This document shows, piece after piece, positions 1-10,086 of a stretch of 47,276 bases of DNA. Below the pieces are notes generated by a model. It ran no database searches, had not been told where the DNA came from, and saw only the letters and a program-made list of their open reading frames with translations. Source of the stretch: a virus (lineage: Duplodnaviria > Caudoviricetes). The position numbers and the translations under genes are program-made. The stretch covers positions 1 through 47,276 of IMG/VR virus record IMGVR_UViG_3300046779_000790. One strand, 5' to 3'. Within the stretch, counting starts at the first letter, position 1, and the number at the start of each line of letters is the position of its first letter.

Positions 1-957
1 CTTAATCAATTAAGGATGATTGAAGATGCAACTGTTATCTATCGTATTTCACGTGCTCCTGAGCGCCGCATTTTTTATATTGACGTTGGTAATTTGCCTA
101 AGTTAAAAGCAGAACAATACCTACGTGATATTATGGTCAAGTATAAAAACAAACTTGTCTATGATGCAAACACTGGTGAAGTCCGTGATGACCGTAAATT
201 CATGTCCATGATGGAAGACTTTTGGTTGCCACGTAGAGAAGGTGGCAAAGGCACAGAAATTACTACACTACCAGGTGGACAAAACCTTGGTGAGTTGGAA
301 GATGTTAAGTACTTTCAAAAGAAATTATATGGTGCATTGAGTGTACCAGTTTCACGTTTGGAACCAAATCAAAGTTTCTCTCTTGGTAGAACCACAGAGA
401 TTACAAGAGATGAATTGAAATTCTCTAAGTTTGTTTCTAGACTACGTAATAAATTTTCAGACACATTTACACAAGCACTACGTGTTCAATGCGTATTAAA
501 AGGTATTTGTACTGCTGAAGAATTTGATGATTTCAAACAACACATTCATTACAACTTCATTCAAGATAACAACTTTGAAGAATTAAAAGAAGCCGAACTG
601 ATGACAAATCGTTTGACTTTGTTGGGTGCAGTTGATGCCTATACAGGTCGTTATTTCTCACAAGCATGGATTCAACGTAACGTATTACGTTTGACTGATG
701 ATGAAATCAAAGAAATGCAAACAGAAATGGATGATGAGAAAGAACAAGGACTTGGTTTGCCAGTTGGTGTAACAAATGATATTGCTTCACAACAAATGGC
801 AGCATCAGTGCAAACAGATGCACAAGCACAACAAGCACAAAACCAATCCGAAATAGACCAAGATAATGCTCAACACCAACACGAATTAGATGTTAAGGCA
901 GCCAAAGCAACACCTAAAAAAGAAGAAGTGTTTAGTAAATTGAAACGTATATTATAA
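1..957 (+). CDS. gp20: Portal vertex protein (5'-truncated by window edge)
   Basis: Frame open from base 1; T4 gp20 motifs YRISRAPERRIFYIDVGNLPK and EDFWLPRREGGKGTEITTLPGG. Confidence 0.97.
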   Translation, partial: LNQLRMIEDATVIYRISRAPERRIFYIDVGNLPKLKAEQYLRDIMVKYKNKLVYDANTGEVRDDRKFMSMMEDFWLPRREGGKGTEITTLPGGQNLGELEDVKYFQKKLYGALSVPVSRLEPNQSFSLGRTTEITRDELKFSKFVSRLRNKFSDTFTQALRVQCVLKGICTAEEFDDFKQHIHYNFIQDNNFEELKEAELMTNRLTLLGAVDAYTGRYFSQAWIQRNVLRLTDDEIKEMQTEMDDEKEQGLGLPVGVTNDIASQQMAASVQTDAQAQQAQNQSEIDQDNAQHQHELDVKAAKATPKKEEVFSKLKRIL

Positions 958-960
958 ATA
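953..960 (+). promoter_or_regulatory. T4-type late promoter TATAAATA
   Basis: Exact gp55 consensus upstream of prohead core genes. Confidence 0.8.
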
Positions 961-979
961 ATTTAATTGGGAGAAAATT

Positions 980-1156
980 ATGGAAAACGCAAGAGCAATT
1001 ATAGATTACGCAGCACAAGATAATGGCACCGCTATGCGTGATGCTTTGTATGCTGGTATTCAGGATAAAATCGCTGCACACATTGAGGCTAAAAAACAAG
1101 AAGTTGCTTTGAACTTGATTGTTAAGCCTGAAGAAGAAGAACAAACCGCAGAATAA
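980..1156 (+). CDS. gp67: Small prohead core protein (gp67-like), 58 aa; not in ORF track
   Basis: GGAG RBS; MENARAIIDYAAQDNGTAMRDALYAGIQDKIAAHIEAKKQEVA...; acidic; position between gp20 and gp21. Confidence 0.7.
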   Translation: MENARAIIDYAAQDNGTAMRDALYAGIQDKIAAHIEAKKQEVALNLIVKPEEEEQTAE

Positions 1157-1168
1157 CAGGGATTACAA

Positions 1169-1690
1169 ATGTCAAATTCATTTACATATCAAGTGATAAA
1201 AGATACCACAGAGCATACAGTTATTAAATTAACTGGTTCTTTTGATGGTTCTGGCCAAGAATCAAATGCTGTTCGTATTCAAGCAAACACACTTTATGGT
1301 GCAATGGATACATCAAAAGCAAATTTGCTTTCTTCTACTGCAAACACCGGACCATTAAGTTTTTATGGTTTATCTGTTTATCGTTTATGGTATGACTGTG
1401 CTTCTGGTGGTGATGTAACACTTTCTTGGAACGCAGATACACAAATTCCTATATTTGTAATGAATGGTAACGGCGAATATGATTCTGCTGGCAACTGGGT
1501 AACAATACCAAACAATGCAAGAGGCACAACTGGATGTAAAGGTGATATCGCTGTTACAACTAGAGGTATGGCAGCAAACGATAGTTACACAATGATTTTA
1601 GAATTGCGTAAAGATAATGAACATTATCAACGTGGTCAATTTAATGATCCAGCTGCATTTAACTATGCACCATATAACATTCGTCCTTAA
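1169..1690 (+). CDS. Hypothetical protein, possibly virion structural
   Basis: 173 aa ORF within head operon. Confidence 0.6.
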   Translation: MSNSFTYQVIKDTTEHTVIKLTGSFDGSGQESNAVRIQANTLYGAMDTSKANLLSSTANTGPLSFYGLSVYRLWYDCASGGDVTLSWNADTQIPIFVMNGNGEYDSAGNWVTIPNNARGTTGCKGDIAVTTRGMAANDSYTMILELRKDNEHYQRGQFNDPAAFNYAPYNIRP

Positions 1691-1699
1691 GGAAAAAGA

Positions 1700-2344
1700 A
1701 TGAAACTTATTAGAGAACTTACCGAATCGGTACAGTATTTAACGGAAGAAAAAGATGGAAAGAAAACTCTTTTCATTGAAGGTCCGTTTCTAGTAGCAGA
1801 AGCTGTTAACAAAAACAAACGCATGTATAAAGAAGAAACAATGCGTAATGAAGTTAACCGTTACAGCGAAGAATACATTACAAAAAACCGTGCCTTTGGT
1901 GAACTGGGACATCCAGACACCCCATCCATTAATCTTGACCGTGTATCACACTTAATCGTTGGTCTACGTCAAGAAGGAAATGCTTGGATAGGCAAAGCAA
2001 AAATTCTTGAAACCCCTATGGGTAACATTGCAAGAAATCTTATCGAAGGTGGCGCACAACTTGGTGTATCATCTAGAGGTATGGGTTCTCTTAAAATGGA
2101 AAACGGCATCAATGTCGTTCAAGGAGACTTTCATCTGGCCACAGCGGCAGATATCGTAGCTGACCCTTCTGCGCCTGGTGCTTTTGTGCAAGGCATCATG
2201 GAAGGCAAAGAATGGGTGATGGTCAACGGCGTATGGACCGAATATCAATTTGAAGAAGCGAAGCAAACAATCAAGCAAGCTTCTCGTAAAGAAATTGAGC
2301 AAGTAAGTCTACGCATTTGGGAATCATTTGTCAAAAAACTTTAA
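1700..2344 (+). CDS. gp21: Prohead core scaffold and protease
   Basis: GELGHP, GVSSRGMGSL, ADIVADPSAPGAFV motifs. Confidence 0.96.
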   Translation: MKLIRELTESVQYLTEEKDGKKTLFIEGPFLVAEAVNKNKRMYKEETMRNEVNRYSEEYITKNRAFGELGHPDTPSINLDRVSHLIVGLRQEGNAWIGKAKILETPMGNIARNLIEGGAQLGVSSRGMGSLKMENGINVVQGDFHLATAADIVADPSAPGAFVQGIMEGKEWVMVNGVWTEYQFEEAKQTIKQASRKEIEQVSLRIWESFVKKL

Positions 2345-2345
2345 T

Positions 2346-2353
2346 TATAAATA
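2346..2353 (+). promoter_or_regulatory. T4-type late promoter TATAAATA
   Basis: Exact consensus upstream of gp22. Confidence 0.8.
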
Positions 2354-2382
2354 TCCAATATAAAATCAAGGAGATTTTCAAA

Positions 2383-3639
2383 ATGGGAAAATTTAATCTG
2401 ACCGAAGCCGCTAAAGACATTCTATCAGGCAATGTTGCAGCTAAAAAAGGTGGCCAAGATAAACCACAAAAACTACCTACATCTGTTGTTACAGGACAAA
2501 AAGATGTTGGCAAAGTTGGTGATGCACCAGAACAAAAGGATGATGCAAATCCTGATTACACAAAAGGTGTACCAGCAGCAACAGCACCAGGTGCAACACC
2601 ACCAGTTGGTTCACAACCAGCTGCAAAGTTGTCTGGTGATGCAGACCAACAATCTAAAGGTCGTTCTGACTTAGTTGCAACTGCACAAGATCCAGCAACT
2701 GACTACGGTTCTATTCGTGACCGTATCAAAGCTAAATTGGCAAAGCAAACTATGCCTTCTAACCCAGGTGCAACATTCCAATCTTATGCTGAAGAAGAAG
2801 TAAAAGATGAAGAAGTTGTGGCTGAAGAAAAAGAAGAAGGCCATGAAGATGCTGCTCAAGACAAAGCAATGATTAAGGCTGCAATGAAGAAACAAAAGAT
2901 GAAAGAAGATATCGAACAAGATATCAATGCTCTTCTTTCTGGCGAAAATCTTTCAGAAGAATTTGTCACAAAGGCATCTACAATTTTTGAATCAGCAGTT
3001 ATTGCTCGTACAGAAGCAATCTTGGAAGATATCCAAGAAGAATTGTTCACACAGTTTGAAGAAGCTGTTGAAGAAGTTAAAGAAGATTTGGCAACTAAAG
3101 TTGATGACTACATGAACTATATGGCCGAAGAATGGATGAAAGAAAATGCATTGGCTATCGAAAAAGGCCTACGTGCAGAAATCGTAGAAGATTTCATCAA
3201 AGGTCTACACGACTTGTTTGTTGAACACTACATTGACATTCCAGAAGAAAAAGTTGACGTTGTTGAAGAATTGACAACACGTGTTGAAGAACTAGAATCT
3301 TCATTGAGCGAACAAATCAATTCTGCCGTTCAACTTAAAAAAGAATTAAACGAACACAAAAAAATTGAGGCTATACATGCAGTATGTGAAGGCCTAACGC
3401 AGACACAAGTAGAAAAAATGAAATCACTCGCAGAGAGTATTGAGTTTACTACCGAAGAAGAATTTGCAGACAAAGTGGTTGCAATAAGAGAATCTTATTT
3501 TGAAACAGCCGTTAAATCTGCCGATAGTTCTGCTCTAAATGAGGAAATCGTAGTTGAAGAAGAAAAGAAACAATCCGTTTCTACTGATCCTGCAATTGCT
3601 CAGTACGCACAAACAATCTCTAAAACCTTGGTAAAATAA
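2383..3639 (+). CDS. gp22: Prohead core (scaffold) protein; start revised to ATG 2383
   Basis: AGGAG RBS; acidic coiled coil with VDDYMNYMAEEWMKEN; between gp21 and gp23. Confidence 0.92.
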   Translation: MGKFNLTEAAKDILSGNVAAKKGGQDKPQKLPTSVVTGQKDVGKVGDAPEQKDDANPDYTKGVPAATAPGATPPVGSQPAAKLSGDADQQSKGRSDLVATAQDPATDYGSIRDRIKAKLAKQTMPSNPGATFQSYAEEEVKDEEVVAEEKEEGHEDAAQDKAMIKAAMKKQKMKEDIEQDINALLSGENLSEEFVTKASTIFESAVIARTEAILEDIQEELFTQFEEAVEEVKEDLATKVDDYMNYMAEEWMKENALAIEKGLRAEIVEDFIKGLHDLFVEHYIDIPEEKVDVVEELTTRVEELESSLSEQINSAVQLKKELNEHKKIEAIHAVCEGLTQTQVEKMKSLAESIEFTTEEEFADKVVAIRESYFETAVKSADSSALNEEIVVEEEKKQSVSTDPAIAQYAQTISKTLVK

Positions 3640-3680
3640 ATAAAAATTACCAATAAAAAGATACTTACAAGGAGACACTC

Positions 3681-5030
3681 ATGTATCTAACAGAAGAACT
3701 ACAAAAGAAATGGGCTCCAGTTTTGGAACATCCAGAACTTGAATCCATCAAAGACCCATACAAGAAAGCTGTTACAGCACTTGTTTTGGAAAACCAACAA
3801 CAAGCTATGCAAGAATCTGCACAGCAGTTGAACGAAACAACATACTCTGCTGCACCAACCAACGTTACTGGTTCTGGTGTTGCAAACTATGACCCAATTT
3901 TGATTAGCTTGGTTCGCCGTGCTCTTCCAAACTTGATTGCATATGATGTTGCTGGCGTTCAGCCAATGACAGGACCTACTGGTCTTATCTTTGCAATGCG
4001 TGCTCGTTACAATGCAATGTCTGGTTCACCAAGCAACTCAAACGAAGCATTCTTCAACGAAGCAAACACAATCTTCTCTGGCGCTGGTTCATCTGGTAAC
4101 CCATACGGTTTCCAAGGTAACAATGCAACAGATATCGTTACAAACGCAGGTGCAGACCTAGTTGCTAACCACTACTCAACTGGTATTGCAATGACAACAT
4201 CAGTTGCTGAAGGTTTGGGTGCAGACACTTCTACTGGTATGTTCAATCAAATGGCATTCAGCATTGAGAAAGTTACTGTAACTGCTCAAAGCCGTGCATT
4301 GAAAGCTGAATACTCACTAGAACTTGCACAAGACTTGAAAGCAGTTCATGGTTTGGACGCAGAAACAGAATTGTCAAACATTCTTTCTACAGAAATTTTG
4401 GCTGAAATCAACCGTGAAGTTATCCGTACTATCTACACAACTGCTGTTGCTGGTGCTCAATACGGTGTTACAACTGCTGGTACATTCGACTTAGACACTG
4501 ACTCTAACGGCCGTTGGTCTGTTGAGCGTTTCAAAGGTTTGATTTTCCAAATCGAGCGTGATGCAAACGTTATTGCAAAACAAACTCGTAGAGGTAAAGG
4601 CAATGTGATGATTGTATCATCTGATGTTGCTTCTGCTATGGCAATGGCTGGCGTGTTGCAATACACACCTGCTCTACAAGCTGACTTGCAAGTTGACGAT
4701 ACAGGCAACACATTCGCTGGTTTGTTACACGGTCGTATCAAGGTCTATATCGACCCATACTTCGGTGGTTACACATCTAACCAAGAATTGGTTACAATCG
4801 GTTATAAGGGTTCTTCTCCTTATGACGCTGGTATTTTCTACTGCCCATACGTTCCTCTACAAATGGTTCGTGCAGTTGACCAGTTCACATTCCAACCAAA
4901 GATTGGTTTCAAGACTCGTTACGGCATGGTTGCAAACCCATTCGCAACAGGCTTGACAACTGGCAACGGCGCATTGAACGCACGTTCAAACGTCTACTAC
5001 CGTATCTTCCAAGTTCGCAACTTGATGTAA
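3681..5030 (+). CDS. gp23: Major capsid protein
   Basis: GVQPMTGPTGLIFAMR, SRALKAEYSLELAQDLKAVHGLDAE, FQPKIGFKTRYG. Confidence 0.99.
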   Translation: MYLTEELQKKWAPVLEHPELESIKDPYKKAVTALVLENQQQAMQESAQQLNETTYSAAPTNVTGSGVANYDPILISLVRRALPNLIAYDVAGVQPMTGPTGLIFAMRARYNAMSGSPSNSNEAFFNEANTIFSGAGSSGNPYGFQGNNATDIVTNAGADLVANHYSTGIAMTTSVAEGLGADTSTGMFNQMAFSIEKVTVTAQSRALKAEYSLELAQDLKAVHGLDAETELSNILSTEILAEINREVIRTIYTTAVAGAQYGVTTAGTFDLDTDSNGRWSVERFKGLIFQIERDANVIAKQTRRGKGNVMIVSSDVASAMAMAGVLQYTPALQADLQVDDTGNTFAGLLHGRIKVYIDPYFGGYTSNQELVTIGYKGSSPYDAGIFYCPYVPLQMVRAVDQFTFQPKIGFKTRYGMVANPFATGLTTGNGALNARSNVYYRIFQVRNLM

Positions 5031-5058
5031 GATAAGAAGTCACCGCAGAGTGACATTT

Positions 5059-5088
5059 AAAGACCACCTTCGGGTGGTCTTTTTTTTT
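5059..5088 (+). terminator. Rho-independent terminator after gp23
   Basis: AAGACCACC-TTCG-GGTGGTCTT followed by T run. Confidence 0.92.
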
Positions 5089-5116
5089 GGCTCCTAAATA
5101 ATAGAGAGGAGTTAAA

Positions 5117-5632
5117 ATGACTGCATTAAATAGAAACCCACAGAATACTAACCCATTACAACCTACCAAGTTCTTGCTGATATTCGACAGAATCAGCACA
5201 GTACAATATTTCTGCCAAAGTGTAAACTTACCAGGAGTATCTTTGGGTGAAGTTACAAGAACAACACCATTTTTGGACATGTATTCACCAGGCACCAAAC
5301 TATCATACTCTCCATTGAGTGTTAGTTTTCTTGTAGATGAAGAATTGGCCACATGGAAAAATCTTTATAAGTGGTTCACTTCTATTGCCGATCCAAATGG
5401 TTTTGAAAAAAGAAATCACGAAATAGAACTGCAAAAGAATAAACATTTCTCTGACGCCACTTTGACGGTTCTTTCAGCATTGAATAATCCAATTTTAAGA
5501 ATTCATTATAAAAATGTATTTCCATTAACAATGAGTGATATTAATTTTGATACCACATTGTCAGCGGATAATTTGGTTACAATCAATGCCACATTCAGGT
5601 ATGAATCATATTCTTATGACATGTTAACTTGA
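5117..5632 (+). CDS. gp3: Tail completion / sheath stabiliser
   Basis: NPLQPTKF...YFCQSVNLPGVSL...DATL motifs; follows gp23 as in many T4-like phages. Confidence 0.85.
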   Translation: MTALNRNPQNTNPLQPTKFLLIFDRISTVQYFCQSVNLPGVSLGEVTRTTPFLDMYSPGTKLSYSPLSVSFLVDEELATWKNLYKWFTSIADPNGFEKRNHEIELQKNKHFSDATLTVLSALNNPILRIHYKNVFPLTMSDINFDTTLSADNLVTINATFRYESYSYDMLT

Positions 5633-5657
5633 CTTTTAACACGAAAACCTTTATAAT
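5629..5657 (+). promoter_or_regulatory. Sigma70-type promoter
   Basis: TTGACT-17nt-TATAAT upstream of uvsY. Confidence 0.75.
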
Positions 5658-5683
5658 GTAATTTTATTGCCACTTTAATAATT

Positions 5684-6118
5684 ATGGAAAATCTTGAACA
5701 AGTATTGAAATATTGGGAAACAGATTCTGTTATGGATCAAACAGAACCAAGTAAAGAACTATTACGAATACCTATGTTGCATAGTAAGTATTTGAATATT
5801 CTAACCAAACATAAAATCGCATCCAAAAAGGCCCACTTTGATTATCTGCGTATGCGTAAGGTCAAATGGGAATACTTTACCGGTAAAATGTCAAAAGAAG
5901 AACTCGACCAATATGGTTGGGAACCATTTCAATTTGCACTCAAATCTGACATAACTACATACTTAGAAGCTGACGGTGATTTAATTAAACTGTTAGAAAA
6001 GAAAGTATATCATGAGGAAGTTATTTCAGTTATTGAATCAGTGATGGCTGAATTGAAACAACGCACATGGCAACTTAGAGATTTTATATCATGGGAAAAG
6101 TTTGTTAACGGTCAATAA
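5684..6118 (+). CDS. uvsY: Recombination mediator UvsY
   Basis: IPMLHSKYL, KWEYFTGK, YLEAD motifs; upstream of uvsW. Confidence 0.9.
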   Translation: MENLEQVLKYWETDSVMDQTEPSKELLRIPMLHSKYLNILTKHKIASKKAHFDYLRMRKVKWEYFTGKMSKEELDQYGWEPFQFALKSDITTYLEADGDLIKLLEKKVYHEEVISVIESVMAELKQRTWQLRDFISWEKFVNGQ

Positions 6119-6120
6119 TT

Positions 6121-7614
6121 ATGTCAGATATCAGTGTAATTAAAAAGAATGAAGTTTACGCAAAATTAATTTGCGAAAAACATATTGCAAGAGAACTTTC
6201 AGAGTTCTTTACATTCTTTGTTCCTGGTTATCAATTTGTTCCAGCATTCAGAAACAAAATCTGGGACGGCAAAATCAGACTATACAATCTTCAAACTTCA
6301 CAACTATACCTTGGTCTTGTAGACTATCTGAAACAGTTTGCTGAAGAACGTGAGTATGGAATAGAATGGAACGGTCTGGAGACACAGGACGAATACTCAG
6401 TATATCACTTTAACAAGTTTGCAGAATCTTTGAACCTGCACTCTCAGGACAAACCTATTGCACCTAGAGAACATCAACAGAATGCTTTCATTCATGCAAT
6501 GCAGAATCGCAGAGCATTATTGTTGTCACCAACAGCCTCAGGCAAATCATTAATCATCTACTTGTTGTTTAGACAGTTGTTGGACTTTCAAGACCTAAAA
6601 GGATTGATTATTGTTCCAACAACATCTTTGGTTGAACAATTATTCTCCGATTTTGTGGACTATTCATCACACAATGGATTTGATGTGTTAGATAACGTAC
6701 ACAGAATCTATCAAGGTAAAGATAAAGTATCAGATAAGAAATTGTTTATCTCCACATGGCAATCATTGTACACGATGCCGGCAAATTACTTTGAACAGTT
6801 TGATTATGTGATTGGTGACGAAGCACACCTATTCAAATCACAATCTCTGACAACTATTATGACTGCGGCAGTCAACACCAAATACCGTATTGGCCTAACT
6901 GGTACTTTGGATGGAACAAAAACACATAAACTGGTACTAGAAAGTCTTTTTGGACCAGTGGAACAAGTTACAACAACCAAAGAATTGATTGATAGTAAAC
7001 AACTATCAGATTTTCGTATCAAATGTTTGATATTGAAACATTCGGATGAAATTGCGGAGCAGATGAAAGATTGTAGTTATCCTAAAGAACTACAATATCT
7101 TATCACATCCGAAAACAGAAACCGTTTTATTAGAAATCTTGCAATTAGTTTAGGTACGAATACACTGGTTCTGTATCAAATGGTTGAAAAACATGGCAAA
7201 GTCCTGTATAATCTAATTAAAGAAAAAGCGAATGGCCGTAAGGTCTTTTTCATACATGGTAATGTTGAAACGGAAGACCGAGAAGAAGTTCGCCGTATCA
7301 TGGAAACAGAAAATGATGCTATCGTTGTGGCCAGTTTTGGAACGTTTAGTACAGGTATTAATATTAGAAATTTACATAATATTATATTTGCATCACCTAG
7401 TAAGAGTAGAGTAAGAAATCTACAGTCTATTGGTCGTGGACTAAGACAATCTGAAGGCAAAGAAATTGCAACTTTATATGATATTGCTGATGACCTTAGA
7501 TACAAGAAACACATGAACTTCACTCTGAAACATTTCGTTGAAAGAGTAAAGATATATAATGATGAGAAGTTCTCATTTAAGATTTATAACATAGGACTTA
7601 AAGATGGAAAATAA
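6121..7614 (+). CDS. uvsW: SF2 DNA helicase UvsW
   Basis: SPTASGKS, DEAH, GLTGT, LQSIGRGLR. Confidence 0.96.
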   Translation: MSDISVIKKNEVYAKLICEKHIARELSEFFTFFVPGYQFVPAFRNKIWDGKIRLYNLQTSQLYLGLVDYLKQFAEEREYGIEWNGLETQDEYSVYHFNKFAESLNLHSQDKPIAPREHQQNAFIHAMQNRRALLLSPTASGKSLIIYLLFRQLLDFQDLKGLIIVPTTSLVEQLFSDFVDYSSHNGFDVLDNVHRIYQGKDKVSDKKLFISTWQSLYTMPANYFEQFDYVIGDEAHLFKSQSLTTIMTAAVNTKYRIGLTGTLDGTKTHKLVLESLFGPVEQVTTTKELIDSKQLSDFRIKCLILKHSDEIAEQMKDCSYPKELQYLITSENRNRFIRNLAISLGTNTLVLYQMVEKHGKVLYNLIKEKANGRKVFFIHGNVETEDREEVRRIMETENDAIVVASFGTFSTGINIRNLHNIIFASPSKSRVRNLQSIGRGLRQSEGKEIATLYDIADDLRYKKHMNFTLKHFVERVKIYNDEKFSFKIYNIGLKDGK

Positions 7615-7978
7615 CGTAAAGATTGTAAGATTCAAGGATGACCTTGATGTTATTTGTTTTTTGACAGAGATGGAAGACTATACGTATGAAGTTTCAGAAC
7701 CAATGCTGTTTGAGGTTAGAAACACTAACCTTGTGATGCAGCAGTGGTTGCCTTTGGCTATGTTGAAAGAAAACAAAGTGAATATCAAAGGTGAAGATAT
7801 TCTCTGTGTGATGGAACCTAATGATGAGTTCGCTGAGTATTATGTTAGTACCGTGGAACGAATCAATGAAGTCAACGCATCGAAACCAAAAGATAAGAAC
7901 GAAGAAAAGGAATATCTGATGGGGGTTATGGATGCTATGGATGAACTAGGTAATATAAAGAACTTGGTATTACATTAA
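7604..7978 (+). CDS. Conserved T4-like hypothetical protein (possibly Sm-like fold)
   Basis: Position between uvsW and gp55; beta-rich N-terminus. Confidence 0.6.
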   Translation: MENNVKIVRFKDDLDVICFLTEMEDYTYEVSEPMLFEVRNTNLVMQQWLPLAMLKENKVNIKGEDILCVMEPNDEFAEYYVSTVERINEVNASKPKDKNEEKEYLMGVMDAMDELGNIKNLVLH

Positions 7979-8006
7979 TATTAATATCATCGGGGCTACA
8001 CCGTGG

Positions 8007-8035
8007 ACTTTAACACATGTCAAGCCCTTTGTCAA
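8007..8035 (-). promoter_or_regulatory. Leftward sigma70-like promoter upstream of gp55
   Basis: Minus strand TTGACA-17nt-TAAAGT. Confidence 0.5.
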
Positions 8036-8057
8036 CAACTTTTTATGGTATATTTGA

Positions 8058-8603
8058 ATGAGTAAACAGAAACATTATATAAACAATGAAGATTTCCTAA
8101 AGGCATTAACCGATTACAAGCTTGCCGCAAAGACAGCCAAAGACCAGAATCTTCCAACACCTGCAATACCAAACTACATTGGTGAATGCTTCATGAAGAT
8201 TGCCGAAGGTCTATCACACAAACCAAACTTCATTAATTACACCTACCGAGATGAGATGATATCTGATGGTATTGAAAACTGTTTAATGTATTTTGCCAAC
8301 TTTGACGAAACCAAATCAAAGAACCCATTTGCATACTTCACACAAATCATCTACTACGCCTTTCTCAGACGAATTCAAAAAGAAAAGAAACAACTGTATG
8401 TGAAATACAAAGCCACAGAACAGATGGGTATTCTGGATGAATTTGAAATGATGGAATCGGAAGATGGTACCACAAGACAATTTGAACTCTATGATAATAT
8501 TGCCGAATTTATAGAGACATACGAAGATGCCAGAAGTGCCAAAAAGGCAGAGAAAGATGCGGCAAAGAAACCAAAAGGCCTTGAGAAGTTTATTGAGGAG
8601 TGA
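8058..8603 (+). CDS. gp55: Late transcription sigma factor
   Basis: HYINN, YIGECFMKIAEGLSHKPNF, NPFAYFTQIIYYAFLRRIQKEK. Confidence 0.97.
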   Translation: MSKQKHYINNEDFLKALTDYKLAAKTAKDQNLPTPAIPNYIGECFMKIAEGLSHKPNFINYTYRDEMISDGIENCLMYFANFDETKSKNPFAYFTQIIYYAFLRRIQKEKKQLYVKYKATEQMGILDEFEMMESEDGTTRQFELYDNIAEFIETYEDARSAKKAEKDAAKKPKGLEKFIEE

Positions 8604-8605
8604 TT

Positions 8606-9016
8606 ATGAAAGTTGGATTTACATGTTCCACATTTGACTTGTTTCATGCAGGTCATGTGATGATGTTGAAAGAGGCAAAGACTCAATGTGAGCATTTGAT
8701 TGTTGGTTTACAAATGGACCCTACCATTGATAGGCCTACCACCAAAAATAAGCCAATACAAACGGTACTGGAAAGATTCATACAGGTACAGGCCTGCAAA
8801 TATGTTGATGAAATTATACCGTATGCCACAGAAAAAGAATTGATGGACATATTGACTTCCTATCCAATTGATGTTAGAATCATAGGTGAGGAGTATAGAG
8901 ATAAACAATTTACTGGTTATCAACTCCCTATGGCAGTATATTTTAACAGTCGTCAACACAGTTTTTCAACCACTGAGTTACGACAAAGAGTATTGGATAT
9001 TGAAAAACACAAATGA
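8606..9016 (+). CDS. Glycerol-3-phosphate cytidylyltransferase-like (TagD family) nucleotidyltransferase
   Basis: TFDLFHAGH (HxGH) and HSFSTTELR motifs. Confidence 0.85.
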   Translation: MKVGFTCSTFDLFHAGHVMMLKEAKTQCEHLIVGLQMDPTIDRPTTKNKPIQTVLERFIQVQACKYVDEIIPYATEKELMDILTSYPIDVRIIGEEYRDKQFTGYQLPMAVYFNSRQHSFSTTELRQRVLDIEKHK

Positions 9017-10086
9017 AAGTAGCAATAATAACTGACCAACATTTTGGAGCACGAAATGATTCTACACACTTCTTGGATTACTATGAAAAATTTTATAATG
9101 AAGTATTCTTTCCTACATTACAAGTTAATGGAATTACTACTGTTCTTATTCTTGGCGACACGTTTGATAGACGCAAATATATAAACTTCTTCACACTTAA
9201 ACGTGCCAAAGAAATGTTTTTCAACCCATTATTTGAAATGGGTGTGCAGGTTCATATGCTTGCTGGCAATCATGATACTTACTTTAAGAACACGAATCAT
9301 GTCAACTCGGTAGATTTGTTACTTGGTGAATATGGTTCATCAATCAATGTGATTGACCAACCATCCGAAATCTATGTTGGTCCACATAAAATCTGTATGA
9401 TGCCGTGGATATGTGCCGACAACCATGAAGCATCCACAAAGATGTTAAAAGATACAGATGCGAATGTTTGTATGGGTCATTTTGAGATTGCAGGTTTTGC
9501 CATGTATCGTGGTATGCCATCACATGAAGGACTAGAACGTGCTCTTTTTACAAAGTTTGAATACACTTTTAGCGGTCATTACCATCATAAGTCCAATGCT
9601 GATGGCATTTTTTATCTGGGAAACCCGTATGAACTTACTTGGCAAGATTATAATGACGATAGGGGTTTTCACCTATTCAATTTGGATGATGGAACACTGG
9701 AGTTCATAAAGAATCCAAATAAGATGTTTCATCGTATTTTATATGATGATAAAGAGCAATCCATTAAAGAGATTTCAGATATGGATTTAACAGGTTATGC
9801 CGGCAAGTATGTTAAGGTGGTAGTAATTAACAAAACAAACCCATATTTGTTTGACAAGTTCATGAATAACCTGTATAATGTAAACCCTGTCGATATTACA
9901 ATTGCAGAAGATTTCACCGACTTGAATGAAGGTCTTGAAGATGATATGGTGGATCAGGCTGAAGATACATTAACGACACTAAACAAATATGTTGAATCAA
10001 TTACTGACGAAAATATTGATAACAACAAGTTGAAAACATTATTAAAAGAACTCTACGTAGAGGCATTGAATACTGAACAAGCATGA
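9013..10086 (+). CDS. gp47: Recombination endonuclease subunit (Mre11/SbcD-like)
   Basis: DQHFG, GDTFD, GNHD, SGHYH. Confidence 0.96.
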   Translation: MKVAIITDQHFGARNDSTHFLDYYEKFYNEVFFPTLQVNGITTVLILGDTFDRRKYINFFTLKRAKEMFFNPLFEMGVQVHMLAGNHDTYFKNTNHVNSVDLLLGEYGSSINVIDQPSEIYVGPHKICMMPWICADNHEASTKMLKDTDANVCMGHFEIAGFAMYRGMPSHEGLERALFTKFEYTFSGHYHHKSNADGIFYLGNPYELTWQDYNDDRGFHLFNLDDGTLEFIKNPNKMFHRILYDDKEQSIKEISDMDLTGYAGKYVKVVVINKTNPYLFDKFMNNLYNVNPVDITIAEDFTDLNEGLEDDMVDQAEDTLTTLNKYVESITDENIDNNKLKTLLKELYVEALNTEQA

